64,000 nucleotides of DNA from Candidatus Thorarchaeota archaeon (GTDB lineage: Archaea; Asgardarchaeota; Thorarchaeia; Thorarchaeales; Thorarchaeaceae), in NCBI GenBank assembly GCA_029858305.1, contig JAOUFI010000002.1, forward strand, positions 21,778-85,777. Reading direction: 5' to 3'. The position numbers and the translations under genes are program-made. The notes beneath the pieces were generated by a model that was not told the DNA's origin, did no database searches, and saw nothing but the letters and a program-made list of their open reading frames with translations. This document shows positions 57,101-64,000 of the stretch, one piece after another. The first letter of the stretch is position 1. Each line of letters begins with the position of its first letter.

Positions 57101-60100
57101 GAATTATAACAGCAGTTCTGGAGCTTATGAGATAATATTCACAGGCTCTGATTTTCCAACTCCAATACCGGGTACACACTCTCTTGATGTTGTTGCCTCA
57201 AAATCAAACCATCAATCTCACACTAATGATCTTGAAGAAATCACCATCACTAAGGAAAGCACATACATCGAGTCTTGGTGGCTCAATGATAATAATACAA
57301 TAACTTTCGTTGAGAATACGACTATCTATATCAACTACTCAATTGCTGCTTCAGGCGTTTCAATTGTGGATGCTAACGTTACTGTCAGAATTGGCACAAC
57401 CATATGGGATACACTCTATAATCCAATTCTGGAACTTTACTATTTCACATTTATAGGAGATATGGATCCACCAGGACTTGGTGTCCACGGGTTGTTTATT
57501 TCAGCATCTTATAGTTTTCATGAAGGATATCAATCTGCAGTAGATAACTCGCAAATCTTAGAAATTGAATCAGCATCTGTATCAATTGATAGCTATTGGA
57601 TTGTTAGTGGTACTATAACATATCTACAACAGACAACACTTGTAGTAAACTATACTTTATTGGATGGAGAAGCCATTCCACTAGCACTAGTCAATGTAAC
57701 AATTGGTCAAACATTCTGGTATGCACAATGGGATGAATTGAGTGAAACCTATCGGTTGACTTTCAATGGGTCAGATTCTCTACCAGGTTTGGGATTCCAC
57801 GAACTCAGTATCCGGGCAAATCGAACTGGATTTGACTCACTTACTGATAGCTCTATGACTTTGAATATCATTGAAGAATCAACCACTACGAGTGTTCTTT
57901 GGAGTAATTCTGATAGCATAACATACTTTGAGCATACGTATCTATTTGTCAGGTACAGGATGAGCAATGGTTCAGACATTCTTGGTGCTAGCGTCAATGC
58001 CACAATAGGTTCTACAAAATGGATCTTAATTTGGAATAGCACGCAAGGAGCTTATGGAGTCTTATTCAAAGGATGGGATAGCCCTCCGGGACTAGGTAGT
58101 CATTCAATCCTGATTAACGCAACAAAACATGGTTTCGCATACATTGAGAATTCAGTTGAGGTTCTGACATTACTAAAGGACCCAACTACAATACAAGTTT
58201 CATGGTCAAATGGAAATAACATCACATATGTTGAAACTACAACGATAATTGTACAATATAAAATGAGTAACGGTACCCCAATATCCACAGGAACTGTTAT
58301 TGCAACAATTGGACTAGATAGTTGGGAACTTCTGTGGAATGTATCATCACAGGTATATTACTTCACATTTTATGGGAATATGAGTCCACCAGGTCTTGAT
58401 ACCTTCTCAGTTCAGATTGATGCATCTAGTGCCATTTTTGCATCCCAATCGACTTCGGAATTTCTTACATTGAGAGAGGAAGGAACAGTTACTATTGTAT
58501 CATGGACGACTGCAACATTCGATTGGACCCAGAATGTTGTAATTGGAATTGAATACCGAGATAGCTATGGTAGATTGGTCAGTGACGCAACTCAGAAGAC
58601 GATATCTGTAGATGGTTCAGAATTTACCCTATCAGGGACAAATGGAACCTATTGGTATTCATTCAACAATTCATTCGGTTTAGGGCATCACAATGTTGTC
58701 ATGAATATCAGTAAGTTTGGATATGAATTTGCTGTGAATGCAACAGTTAGCTTTGATATTATTGAAGCCTCAACGAGTCTTGAACTAGTCTGGAGTATGA
58801 CTACAATTGACTACTTGGGGCAGATCACTCTGACAGTAGATTACACATATACGGGTACAGGTGATTCGATTCCAGTAGGTCTAGTCAATGTGAATATCAC
58901 AATTGATGGAATCACGACTCTCAATTTGACACCAATTGGAGACTATTGGACCATTACATTGAATGGAGATTTCTTAGATTTAGGAACGCATAGTGTCGTT
59001 ATACTTGCACAAGCCTATGGCTACAACTTCGCTGAGGATAGTGACAGTCTTACAGTTAATGAGGTCTCTACAGGTACATCTGGAATTTCGTGGTCACCTT
59101 CAGACCTTACAATAGAATTCACTGGTTTCTTACAACTTGTTGTGGATTATACATACGCTAGCGGAGATGTTCCAGATACAGCAACAGTGAATGTCACGAT
59201 TGATGGTCATTTCTATGAACTTGATTATCTAGTCGGTGCTTGGCGAGTGACAATTCCTGGTAGCATCCTAGGTGTTGATGTCTTTGATGCTCATATCAGT
59301 GCATGGCTCCACGGATATGAGTTACAGACCTTTACTACTTCAGGAATTAATGTCACACTTGCAGCTAATTCATTCTATGTGACTTGGGATCCATCAGATC
59401 TAACACCAACCTACATTGATACGGTAACACTTACTGTTGCCTATATACAGGACTTTGAACCAATAGAAGACGCCACTGTTCAACTATTCATCAATGGAAC
59501 TCGCTATGAGCTAATCTATAGCTCTATTGATGAGAGATGGTTCCTCAGTATTGATGCATCAGATATTGATTTGGGAGTATGGAATGTTACTGTCACAGCA
59601 AACAAAACAGGATATGCAGAAGGGTTCCAAATGGATCTCCTCACAGTAGTTGAAGCTCCAACAATTCTTGATATTCAAGATACTGGAGATACTCTCTATT
59701 TCGATGAAACAACTACAATAGACATCTACTACCAATTAACAAATACAAGTGCAGTTCCCGGGGCAATAATATCATTCACTCTTGATGGTATTGAACAGAC
59801 AATAACTTGGAATGGTTACCATTGGACAACTACTCTCGATGGGACAGAGCTAGGAGTTGGTGTCTATACTTACAATATCATAACGTCAGTATATGGATAT
59901 GAGACTCAGATGGACACATTTGTGATTACTATACTAAGCGTCCCAACTTCAATGATATCAGATTCGAGTATTGTGATGTATGCTCGTGACTTTGTTTCAT
60001 TCAGGTTTACATACATTGATGAAAGGACTAGCACCTCAATTGATGCAAGTGAATTTAACATCACATGGATCGAATACTACAACATAGTGACTCTACCGAA

Positions 60101-61211
60101 TTACACCTATATTATCACAATAGGTGGAAATGATTTCCATACAGGGAATTATACATTCGAACTCACATTAGGAAGAGTCGGATTTGATAATAGTACAGGA
60201 GCCATATCCATCGAAGCACGACCAATACCTGTTGAATTCATAATGGAATCCACATATACTCAATATGAAAATGAAACATTAAACATAGAGTTTCAATTGA
60301 TTGATACTGTGCATTCAAGTCTAATCGATTGGGGATACTTAATTGTTGAACTCGAAGGAGCTGGGTATTTAGCAATTTTTGAAAGTGTAAGTAGCTCATA
60401 CATAGTGAATTTTAGATTACCAATGAATATGGATCCGGGTTCATACATACTCTATTTCTACTCGTGGACAGAAGATTGTGTTGAAATCACCGAACCTGCG
60501 TCGCTTGAGGTCCTAGCCAAGCATACATATATTCTTTCCATTGATGCGATTGATCAAATTCAATCAGGAAACGATCTAACAATTACAATCACAGCGATGG
60601 AAGGCACAGAATTTGCTTCTGGAATCGCGCTAGATATAACAATCGTTGTCACACTAAGTCAAGGTGGTCAACAGTTCATTGTAGAACAAACTGTAACGGA
60701 TTCTAACGGACTTGCCATAATCATTTTTGAAGTGCCTGATAATGCTGTAGAATTAGAGGTTAGCGCAAGTTTTGATGGTTCTATATCAGAATGGCCAGCA
60801 TTATCATCAATTAAGAGTGTAGAAGTGACTCCTGCAGGAACAGGTGGTACCGGATTGATTATCCCAGACCCACTTGTACTTTCAATCATATTTGGCGGGA
60901 TTTCAGTTTCAATCTTAGCTTTAGCTTTCAGAAGGAAGAGAAGGGGTAGCGGAAGTGCTGTGTCAGTTTCTGTCCATTCTACTGCTCCAATTCTACCTCC
61001 ATCAAGTCCAGCAACTGGAATTCAACAGCAATTGAGAGAAGAGATTCTAAATAGTGAAGAGGGGATAACACGAGCAGAGTTATCACGGAAACTTGGAGCC
61101 TCAGCAAGTAAGGTTGGATCGATGGTCAAAGACCTTCTTGATTCTGATTCCGGCTTTTTTGAAGTCAAAGAAGGTGCTAAGAAACTAATCAAGTTCAAAA
61201 AATCAGGTTGA
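51123..61211 (+). CDS. Giant surface protein: signal/anchor, head region of about 640 aa, about 25 tandem Ig-like modules of ~100 aa, one TM, and a 93-aa cytoplasmic tail with a winged-helix-like motif
   Basis: A single unbroken ORF. ATG 51123 (MGLRRIFIIGILILSIGFA) is preferred over the track TTG 51096. The module consensus is ..EPT.L...WSN...ITY.E.T.L.V.Y.M.NG.PI..A.VN.TI....W.L.WN....Y...FNG.D..PG.G.H.L.I.A.K.GY. The C terminus reads LVLSIIFGGISVSILALAF-RRKRR-...GITRAELSRKLGASASKVGSMVKDLL. Confidence 0.85.
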   Translation: MGLRRIFIIGILILSIGFASHSTTTDFLTSNFEPQVAHPSDTHTSSSVEGIGNSLLSAAGYSRNINNLQFSLANSYSDSESHNQIIDLSSYHIDGWSLYEVEISTTRIVALAEREIIGSRTSPGHILFNISKYDTGYYDQLTQGFYGMSHDGKLENISLLYTSSSYDPLYHHYAYFDLRSDYSDGATNMVSSVPLGNVGLTPTWASVTESTTLDADTIYYAVMNGTRLIEVFGTFPIIQWYYEDSEGTYETRRHTTEYIPWSSSRPYEALLNYTYIPWNTTSNSALEFSDPSIIDLRGNSSLLAGSQWKFDSLTNVSQIQFSSNQSISVEYDLTLRYKQSVTSSTSWYADSSNSVILWNITTSIDYPELAGSQDRNLTVLVPSDWTASHLFNITYPTQYFDHFTQIESSVNCFGLADETWILECTSPNYMKSLSMFDTSDDSIITDKVSISVTMDINATIEDQSSNPAANGNAHLVVYYQAAEEYSDDYSVTSGTSHYQWDISTDSSSNGLHTIDVYWSNGTEVGYQSNDVVVFYETTLVADEYTINDYTDDSFYIGIDYNQVFPAAGIDSSSADVTYSFGSVVNQSLTDQSNGRWDATVSTASMSPGLHTLTIYAEGYALENRSITIDVDLIHDTLPLTIIYSNISYVETTELSVAYERVGNIPIPDAHVEVTIGTTTWQLNFDEGSGTYKMIFNGTDIDPGFGIHTLTINASLAGYKSQSYTKTLIIHEESTILNIEWSGSTDITYVESVTLYVDYQMSNTTPIYPATVEVTIDTDIYVMNWNGGTGRYWYQFNGSDLLPGFGFHNLIIKASKFGYAYRSDLTQTLNITEEPTTLVLSWSNGNEISYVTSTMLIAKYNQSNGSPLINATVSVTIDTESWLMVWNTDTFAYELTFNGTDSIPGFGTFDVSVLASLYGFESKPDDNETLYIHEESTLFNIEWSGSTNITYVESVTLYIDYQMSNATPIYPAIVEVIIDTDIYVMNWNGGTGRYWYQFNGSDLLPGFGFHNLIIEASKFGYQNYSNIFQTLNITEEPTTLVLSWSNTNSITYVTSTTLIAKYNQSNGSPVINATVSVTIDTESWLMVWNTDTFVYELTFNGTDSIPGFGSFNISVIASLYGFELKPDDNETLFVDLEPTSITIAWSNTGSITYIDQTTLIVSYRMNNNSVIPIDAVVNVTIDGFPTWDLDWDWDYGTETYRLVFNGTDIPPGFGTHNLTIRIGKYGYVNHVNTTLTLTIDLVPTIHEVYWSNTNSITYIESTTLTVNYTMTNGTPVTDAIVNVSTVAGFWLMKWNNDTFMYELAFNGTDSIPGFGTHILTIQIRKVGYSDPGNLTETLILDLEPTSMNMAWLDSPTISFLESTTLVVYYRMSNTSPILDATVIATIDGIQYELVLHPSGSYRYTFSGTDNLPGIGTHLLKIDANRTGFDSKSDEGEVLIINEESTFIDIIWLDNNTITFVETSILVINYTMTNGSPIAGATVNATIDGFPAWDLVWDIDTQTYRLTFNGTDVPPGLGFHNITIRADKFGYESRNGLTNITLDREQSYLVVSWIPDNDISYMTSSILVVSYRMTNSSPISEATVNVSIGEGSWLMKWSVANQDYRLQINGTDIPPDLGNYTMTIEATMFGFYAAYNLTAQVILREEPTSLDVHWANGINNPSFLSYTYLIADYLYGDSTPIVDAILNVSINSFIFRMGWNASGFYQLKINGSDTYLGVGNNSITISAEKYGYVTKMNTTKVVIPVVPTKLTLEWEFSDTITYVEYTTLHAYYVMYNDSLISEASVNVTINGMTLPMIWSSSSNSYERTFYGSDSSLGITSFPILVEAAMIDFQSLSNSDEILTIQTEPTTLAISWIGGDNITYFQQTTLSVQFVMSNGSPISIGVLNATIGGVLFDLNWNIISEAYEVVIYGDDARLDYLDYDVLINASAYGFVASVDTYQYFTIRLEDTYLVIDWVPSNTISYLDSTVFRIFYRYASNHSPVLGAVVSASTWVANYNSSSGAYEIIFTGSDFPTPIPGTHSLDVVASKSNHQSHTNDLEEITITKESTYIESWWLNDNNTITFVENTTIYINYSIAASGVSIVDANVTVRIGTTIWDTLYNPILELYYFTFIGDMDPPGLGVHGLFISASYSFHEGYQSAVDNSQILEIESASVSIDSYWIVSGTITYLQQTTLVVNYTLLDGEAIPLALVNVTIGQTFWYAQWDELSETYRLTFNGSDSLPGLGFHELSIRANRTGFDSLTDSSMTLNIIEESTTTSVLWSNSDSITYFEHTYLFVRYRMSNGSDILGASVNATIGSTKWILIWNSTQGAYGVLFKGWDSPPGLGSHSILINATKHGFAYIENSVEVLTLLKDPTTIQVSWSNGNNITYVETTTIIVQYKMSNGTPISTGTVIATIGLDSWELLWNVSSQVYYFTFYGNMSPPGLDTFSVQIDASSAIFASQSTSEFLTLREEGTVTIVSWTTATFDWTQNVVIGIEYRDSYGRLVSDATQKTISVDGSEFTLSGTNGTYWYSFNNSFGLGHHNVVMNISKFGYEFAVNATVSFDIIEASTSLELVWSMTTIDYLGQITLTVDYTYTGTGDSIPVGLVNVNITIDGITTLNLTPIGDYWTITLNGDFLDLGTHSVVILAQAYGYNFAEDSDSLTVNEVSTGTSGISWSPSDLTIEFTGFLQLVVDYTYASGDVPDTATVNVTIDGHFYELDYLVGAWRVTIPGSILGVDVFDAHISAWLHGYELQTFTTSGINVTLAANSFYVTWDPSDLTPTYIDTVTLTVAYIQDFEPIEDATVQLFINGTRYELIYSSIDERWFLSIDASDIDLGVWNVTVTANKTGYAEGFQMDLLTVVEAPTILDIQDTGDTLYFDETTTIDIYYQLTNTSAVPGAIISFTLDGIEQTITWNGYHWTTTLDGTELGVGVYTYNIITSVYGYETQMDTFVITILSVPTSMISDSSIVMYARDFVSFRFTYIDERTSTSIDASEFNITWIEYYNIVTLPNYTYIITIGGNDFHTGNYTFELTLGRVGFDNSTGAISIEARPIPVEFIMESTYTQYENETLNIEFQLIDTVHSSLIDWGYLIVELEGAGYLAIFESVSSSYIVNFRLPMNMDPGSYILYFYSWTEDCVEITEPASLEVLAKHTYILSIDAIDQIQSGNDLTITITAMEGTEFASGIALDITIVVTLSQGGQQFIVEQTVTDSNGLAIIIFEVPDNAVELEVSASFDGSISEWPALSSIKSVEVTPAGTGGTGLIIPDPLVLSIIFGGISVSILALAFRRKRRGSGSAVSVSVHSTAPILPPSSPATGIQQQLREEILNSEEGITRAELSRKLGASASKVGSMVKDLLDSDSGFFEVKEGAKKLIKFKKSG
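53310..54521 (+). repeat. Tandem duplication of a 606-bp two-module unit inside the giant gene (53310..53915 and 53916..54521)
   Basis: The two copies align without gaps. By my count about 27 of 202 encoded residues differ, which is far closer than any other pair of modules. Confidence 0.85.
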
Positions 61212-61409
61212 TTTTAGTGAATCACATAGAGATACCCACAGTTTATTGATATGGATTTACTTCTCTAGTTAGCTACTATACGACAGATTGTAAGCACATC
61301 CCGAAAATATTATGAAGCAGGCAATATGGGTCAGATGATAAATCTCTCATGCGTATAATGAAGGATGTGCTAAGGAACTCTGCGAATCCATGATTCTCGA
61401 GGGAAGAAT

Positions 61410-64000
61410 ATGAGAAAAGCAATAATATCGGTCATCCTGATAATTACAATCCTGAGTGTACCATCGGTCGGAACTGACTCAAAATTACTAAATTCTTCCC
61501 AAACCAATGATATTGATCAAATCGGGTTTCAAGATTCATTACTTTCTGAAATAATTCAATCCGGAAGTACCTTACCAATATTACAAAAGATGAACAGATC
61601 ATTTTCCGACCAACTTACAGTGCTAGCTAATAGCTATGCATCTCCAGATGCTCACGCCAATACTATTGATCTTGTTTCATATCAGATACCTGGATGGACA
61701 TTAAATAGAGTAATAATTGACACTCATAACATAACAGCCATTTGTGAAAGAGAATTAGTTGGGACAAGTGCCACACCTTCACAATCATCAAGCTTTGAAA
61801 TATACGAACCACCATTGACACCTGATGAATATATCCCGGAACTAGCTCAAGGATTTTATAATATCACTCACGATGGACAACTGCAGAACATTTCACTACT
61901 CTATAGGTCTCTATATGATCCATCAACTCAAAATTATGCCTATTTTGACATTAGATCAGACTATCAAGATGGCAGTACAAATATGGTTTCTTCGGTTCCG
62001 CTGGGAAATGTAGGACTTACTCAGACTTGGGCTAGCATTACAGAAACAGTTGTTCTTGACGCAAATACAGTATACTATGCTGTTATGAATGGAACAAAGT
62101 TACTTGATGTCGGTACCTATCCTCAAATCTGGTGGCTCTATGAGAATGGTTATGGTGATTTTCTAACTACTCGATACGCTACTGAATTCAGTGCCTGGAG
62201 CTCTAATTTACCCTATGAAGCGATTTTGAATTATACCTATATTCCATGGAATACAACCTCGAATTCTGCCCTTCTATTCTCAGATCCAACTTCAATAGAC
62301 ACTCAGCTGAATGGAAATCCTGTGTCAGGTACTACTTGGACTGTTACTTCAGTCACCAATATCACATCTATCTCAATGACTACCAATCAATCTGCCAATG
62401 TTTACTATGATTTGATTTTGTGTTATGAAACAAATAATATTGGATATACTGAATGGAAAGGTCAGTCATCTAGTAATGTAATCATGTGGAATGTCACAGC
62501 TGATATCACATTCCCTACTGCATCTAATATTGTTAGTCGAACAATGGACATTACGAATATTCCATTAGACTGGAATGCAACTGGTCTGTACCTAGCCACC
62601 ACTCCATCAGGTTCATACGTCAAATCAGGAACAACTGTGACTTGCTCGACCTTGAGTGATGGGACTTGGACACTGACTGTAACAGCACCAAACTACGTAC
62701 TGGGTCTTGCCCTATCAGATTCATCAAACAGTTTGCCAATAATTCACAAAGTGGCTAACAATGTAATTGTGGATATCGATGCTACCATTGCATCGGATGG
62801 AGGTACTACCAATCTCTCGGTATTGCAAACCAGTACACTCATCTATTCTCCAACAGAGATTCCAGCATCTTCAGGAGCTGCAGCTTTTTCATGGAATATT
62901 AGTGCAACAACAACTGGAAATGGCACCCATTCTGTAGAAGTCTTTTGGTTATCAACTGATGAACTCGAAGCAGGATACCGAACACAGGAAGTCTTTGTCT
63001 TTCATTCCACAACACTCCTTGCAGATGATTATTTCATAAATGCATTCACAGATGATAGTTTTAGCATTGGGATCGACTTCAATCAATTTTATCCTGCGAA
63101 GAGCTTAGATGCGCCCGTAGCAAATGTTACCTACTCCTTTGAGAGCGTTATAAATCAAACAATGAATAATCCGGGAGGAGGTCGATGGACAGCACTCGTG
63201 GACACGACTGGTATGAGTAGTGGTATCCGTACTCTCACCGTTTATGCAACAGGATATGCCTTGGAAAACCGTAGTATTGAGATATCAGTGAATCTTGTTC
63301 ATGCAACTTCTCCTCTTATTTGTAGCCTCACACCAGATTATAACATCACATATTTGGAGAGTACAAATCTCACCGTATCGTACAAACAACTCAATGGAAC
63401 GAATATTCCTTGGGCAACAGTCAACGTCACCTTTGATGGTTCTACATATGGTATGGTATGGAATCAAATTGCAGAAGTATATTGGATTCAGCTTAATGGA
63501 TCTGATTTCGTCACTATTCCAGGCAACACCACACTCACAGTCAATGCCTGGAAATTGGGTTACGAACCGCAATATAACGATTCAACTGAAATCACGATTT
63601 CTGCTGAAACAGGAGTCTATTTCGATGTCGTCTGGAATCCAATAGACCGAAACATCACATACATCGAGCAAATCACCATCACTGTGAACTACACATTCAA
63701 CTCAATTCCGATAGATAACACTTGGGAAGGAGTATGGGTGAGAGTAACATTTGTTGGCTATCCATACGTGAATCTCACCTATAACCCAGTTTTGGAGATT
63801 TGGCAAGTCACCCTTGATGGAAGTGATTATCTGGGCACAACCATTGTAACAGTTAGAGCGAGTGCTACAGGCTATAGTCCTGTTCAGAATGTATTCGACA
63901 TGATAGTGATGGAAGATGCTTCATCGCTCAGTGGTTCATGGACTGCAAATTCATATACGACTAACTACGCGACAGGCGCTCCGCTAACTATTATTGTTCA
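61410..64000 (+). CDS. Second giant surface protein, paralog of 51123..61211; 3' end runs off the window
   Basis: Hand translation from ATG 61410 (MRKAIISVILIITILSVPS...) stays open to the window end. It is absent from the track because it has no stop. The head region is collinear with the upstream gene, for example FDIRSDYQDGSTNMVSSVPLGNVGLTQTWASITE versus FDLRSDYSDGATNMVSSVPLGNVGLTPTWASVTE. Ig-like modules start near 63290. Confidence 0.8.
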   Translation, partial: MRKAIISVILIITILSVPSVGTDSKLLNSSQTNDIDQIGFQDSLLSEIIQSGSTLPILQKMNRSFSDQLTVLANSYASPDAHANTIDLVSYQIPGWTLNRVIIDTHNITAICERELVGTSATPSQSSSFEIYEPPLTPDEYIPELAQGFYNITHDGQLQNISLLYRSLYDPSTQNYAYFDIRSDYQDGSTNMVSSVPLGNVGLTQTWASITETVVLDANTVYYAVMNGTKLLDVGTYPQIWWLYENGYGDFLTTRYATEFSAWSSNLPYEAILNYTYIPWNTTSNSALLFSDPTSIDTQLNGNPVSGTTWTVTSVTNITSISMTTNQSANVYYDLILCYETNNIGYTEWKGQSSSNVIMWNVTADITFPTASNIVSRTMDITNIPLDWNATGLYLATTPSGSYVKSGTTVTCSTLSDGTWTLTVTAPNYVLGLALSDSSNSLPIIHKVANNVIVDIDATIASDGGTTNLSVLQTSTLIYSPTEIPASSGAAAFSWNISATTTGNGTHSVEVFWLSTDELEAGYRTQEVFVFHSTTLLADDYFINAFTDDSFSIGIDFNQFYPAKSLDAPVANVTYSFESVINQTMNNPGGGRWTALVDTTGMSSGIRTLTVYATGYALENRSIEISVNLVHATSPLICSLTPDYNITYLESTNLTVSYKQLNGTNIPWATVNVTFDGSTYGMVWNQIAEVYWIQLNGSDFVTIPGNTTLTVNAWKLGYEPQYNDSTEITISAETGVYFDVVWNPIDRNITYIEQITITVNYTFNSIPIDNTWEGVWVRVTFVGYPYVNLTYNPVLEIWQVTLDGSDYLGTTIVTVRASATGYSPVQNVFDMIVMEDASSLSGSWTANSYTTNYATGAPLTIIV

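Noticed and set aside
53000-59000. Repeats with ~300-bp periodicity that could be mistaken for a satellite or CRISPR-like array.
   Set aside because: The repeats are in frame and variable, and they encode the Ig-like modules of one continuous ORF. There is no short-repeat / unique-spacer structure.

Overview
The window looks like an archaeal chromosomal segment of about 42% GC, with no rRNA, CRISPR array or recognisable transposase or integrase. The archaeal call rests on a TFB-type zinc-ribbon protein, a ZPR1 homolog, subunit-type 2-oxoacid:ferredoxin oxidoreductase genes, a possible DUF2070-like membrane protein and Shine-Dalgarno-coupled overlapping operons. WD40, LVIVD, longin/roadblock-like and giant surface proteins hint at an Asgard-like lineage, but that is inference only. 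The ORF track renders TTG and GTG starts as M, so I re-evaluated several starts by eye. It also omits two ORFs that run off the window edges (1..1389 minus, 61410..64000 plus), which I translated by hand.

Housekeeping content:
- nfnAB-like oxidoreductase
- an SMC / kleisin-like / ScpB-like set
- K+-independent H+-pyrophosphatase
- tRNA-Ala(UGC)
- PadR plus a heterodimeric ABC exporter
- UbiX
- porDAB
- a carbon-nitrogen hydrolase

Items worth a second look:
1. Two tandem paralogous genes (34397..38605) each encode eight Cys3-His zinc ribbons in a strict A/B alternation. I cannot assign this architecture to any family.
2. A roughly 3360-aa surface protein has about 25 Ig-like modules, one TM helix and a cytoplasmic winged-helix tail. 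A second giant paralog follows it.
3. A MoxR-like AAA+ / VWA-HExxH pair is transcribed divergently from a pseudo-AAA+ gene sitting just upstream of smc.
4. Several clear pseudoenzymes are present: an HD-domain protein, an M28 peptidase and a classical AAA+.
5. Twin 33-codon micro-ORFs lie upstream of an MFS transporter.
6. A 27-bp duplication of the tRNA-Ala 3' end brackets a 558-bp insert.
7. A translationally coupled two-gene orphan cassette lies at 44392..47042.
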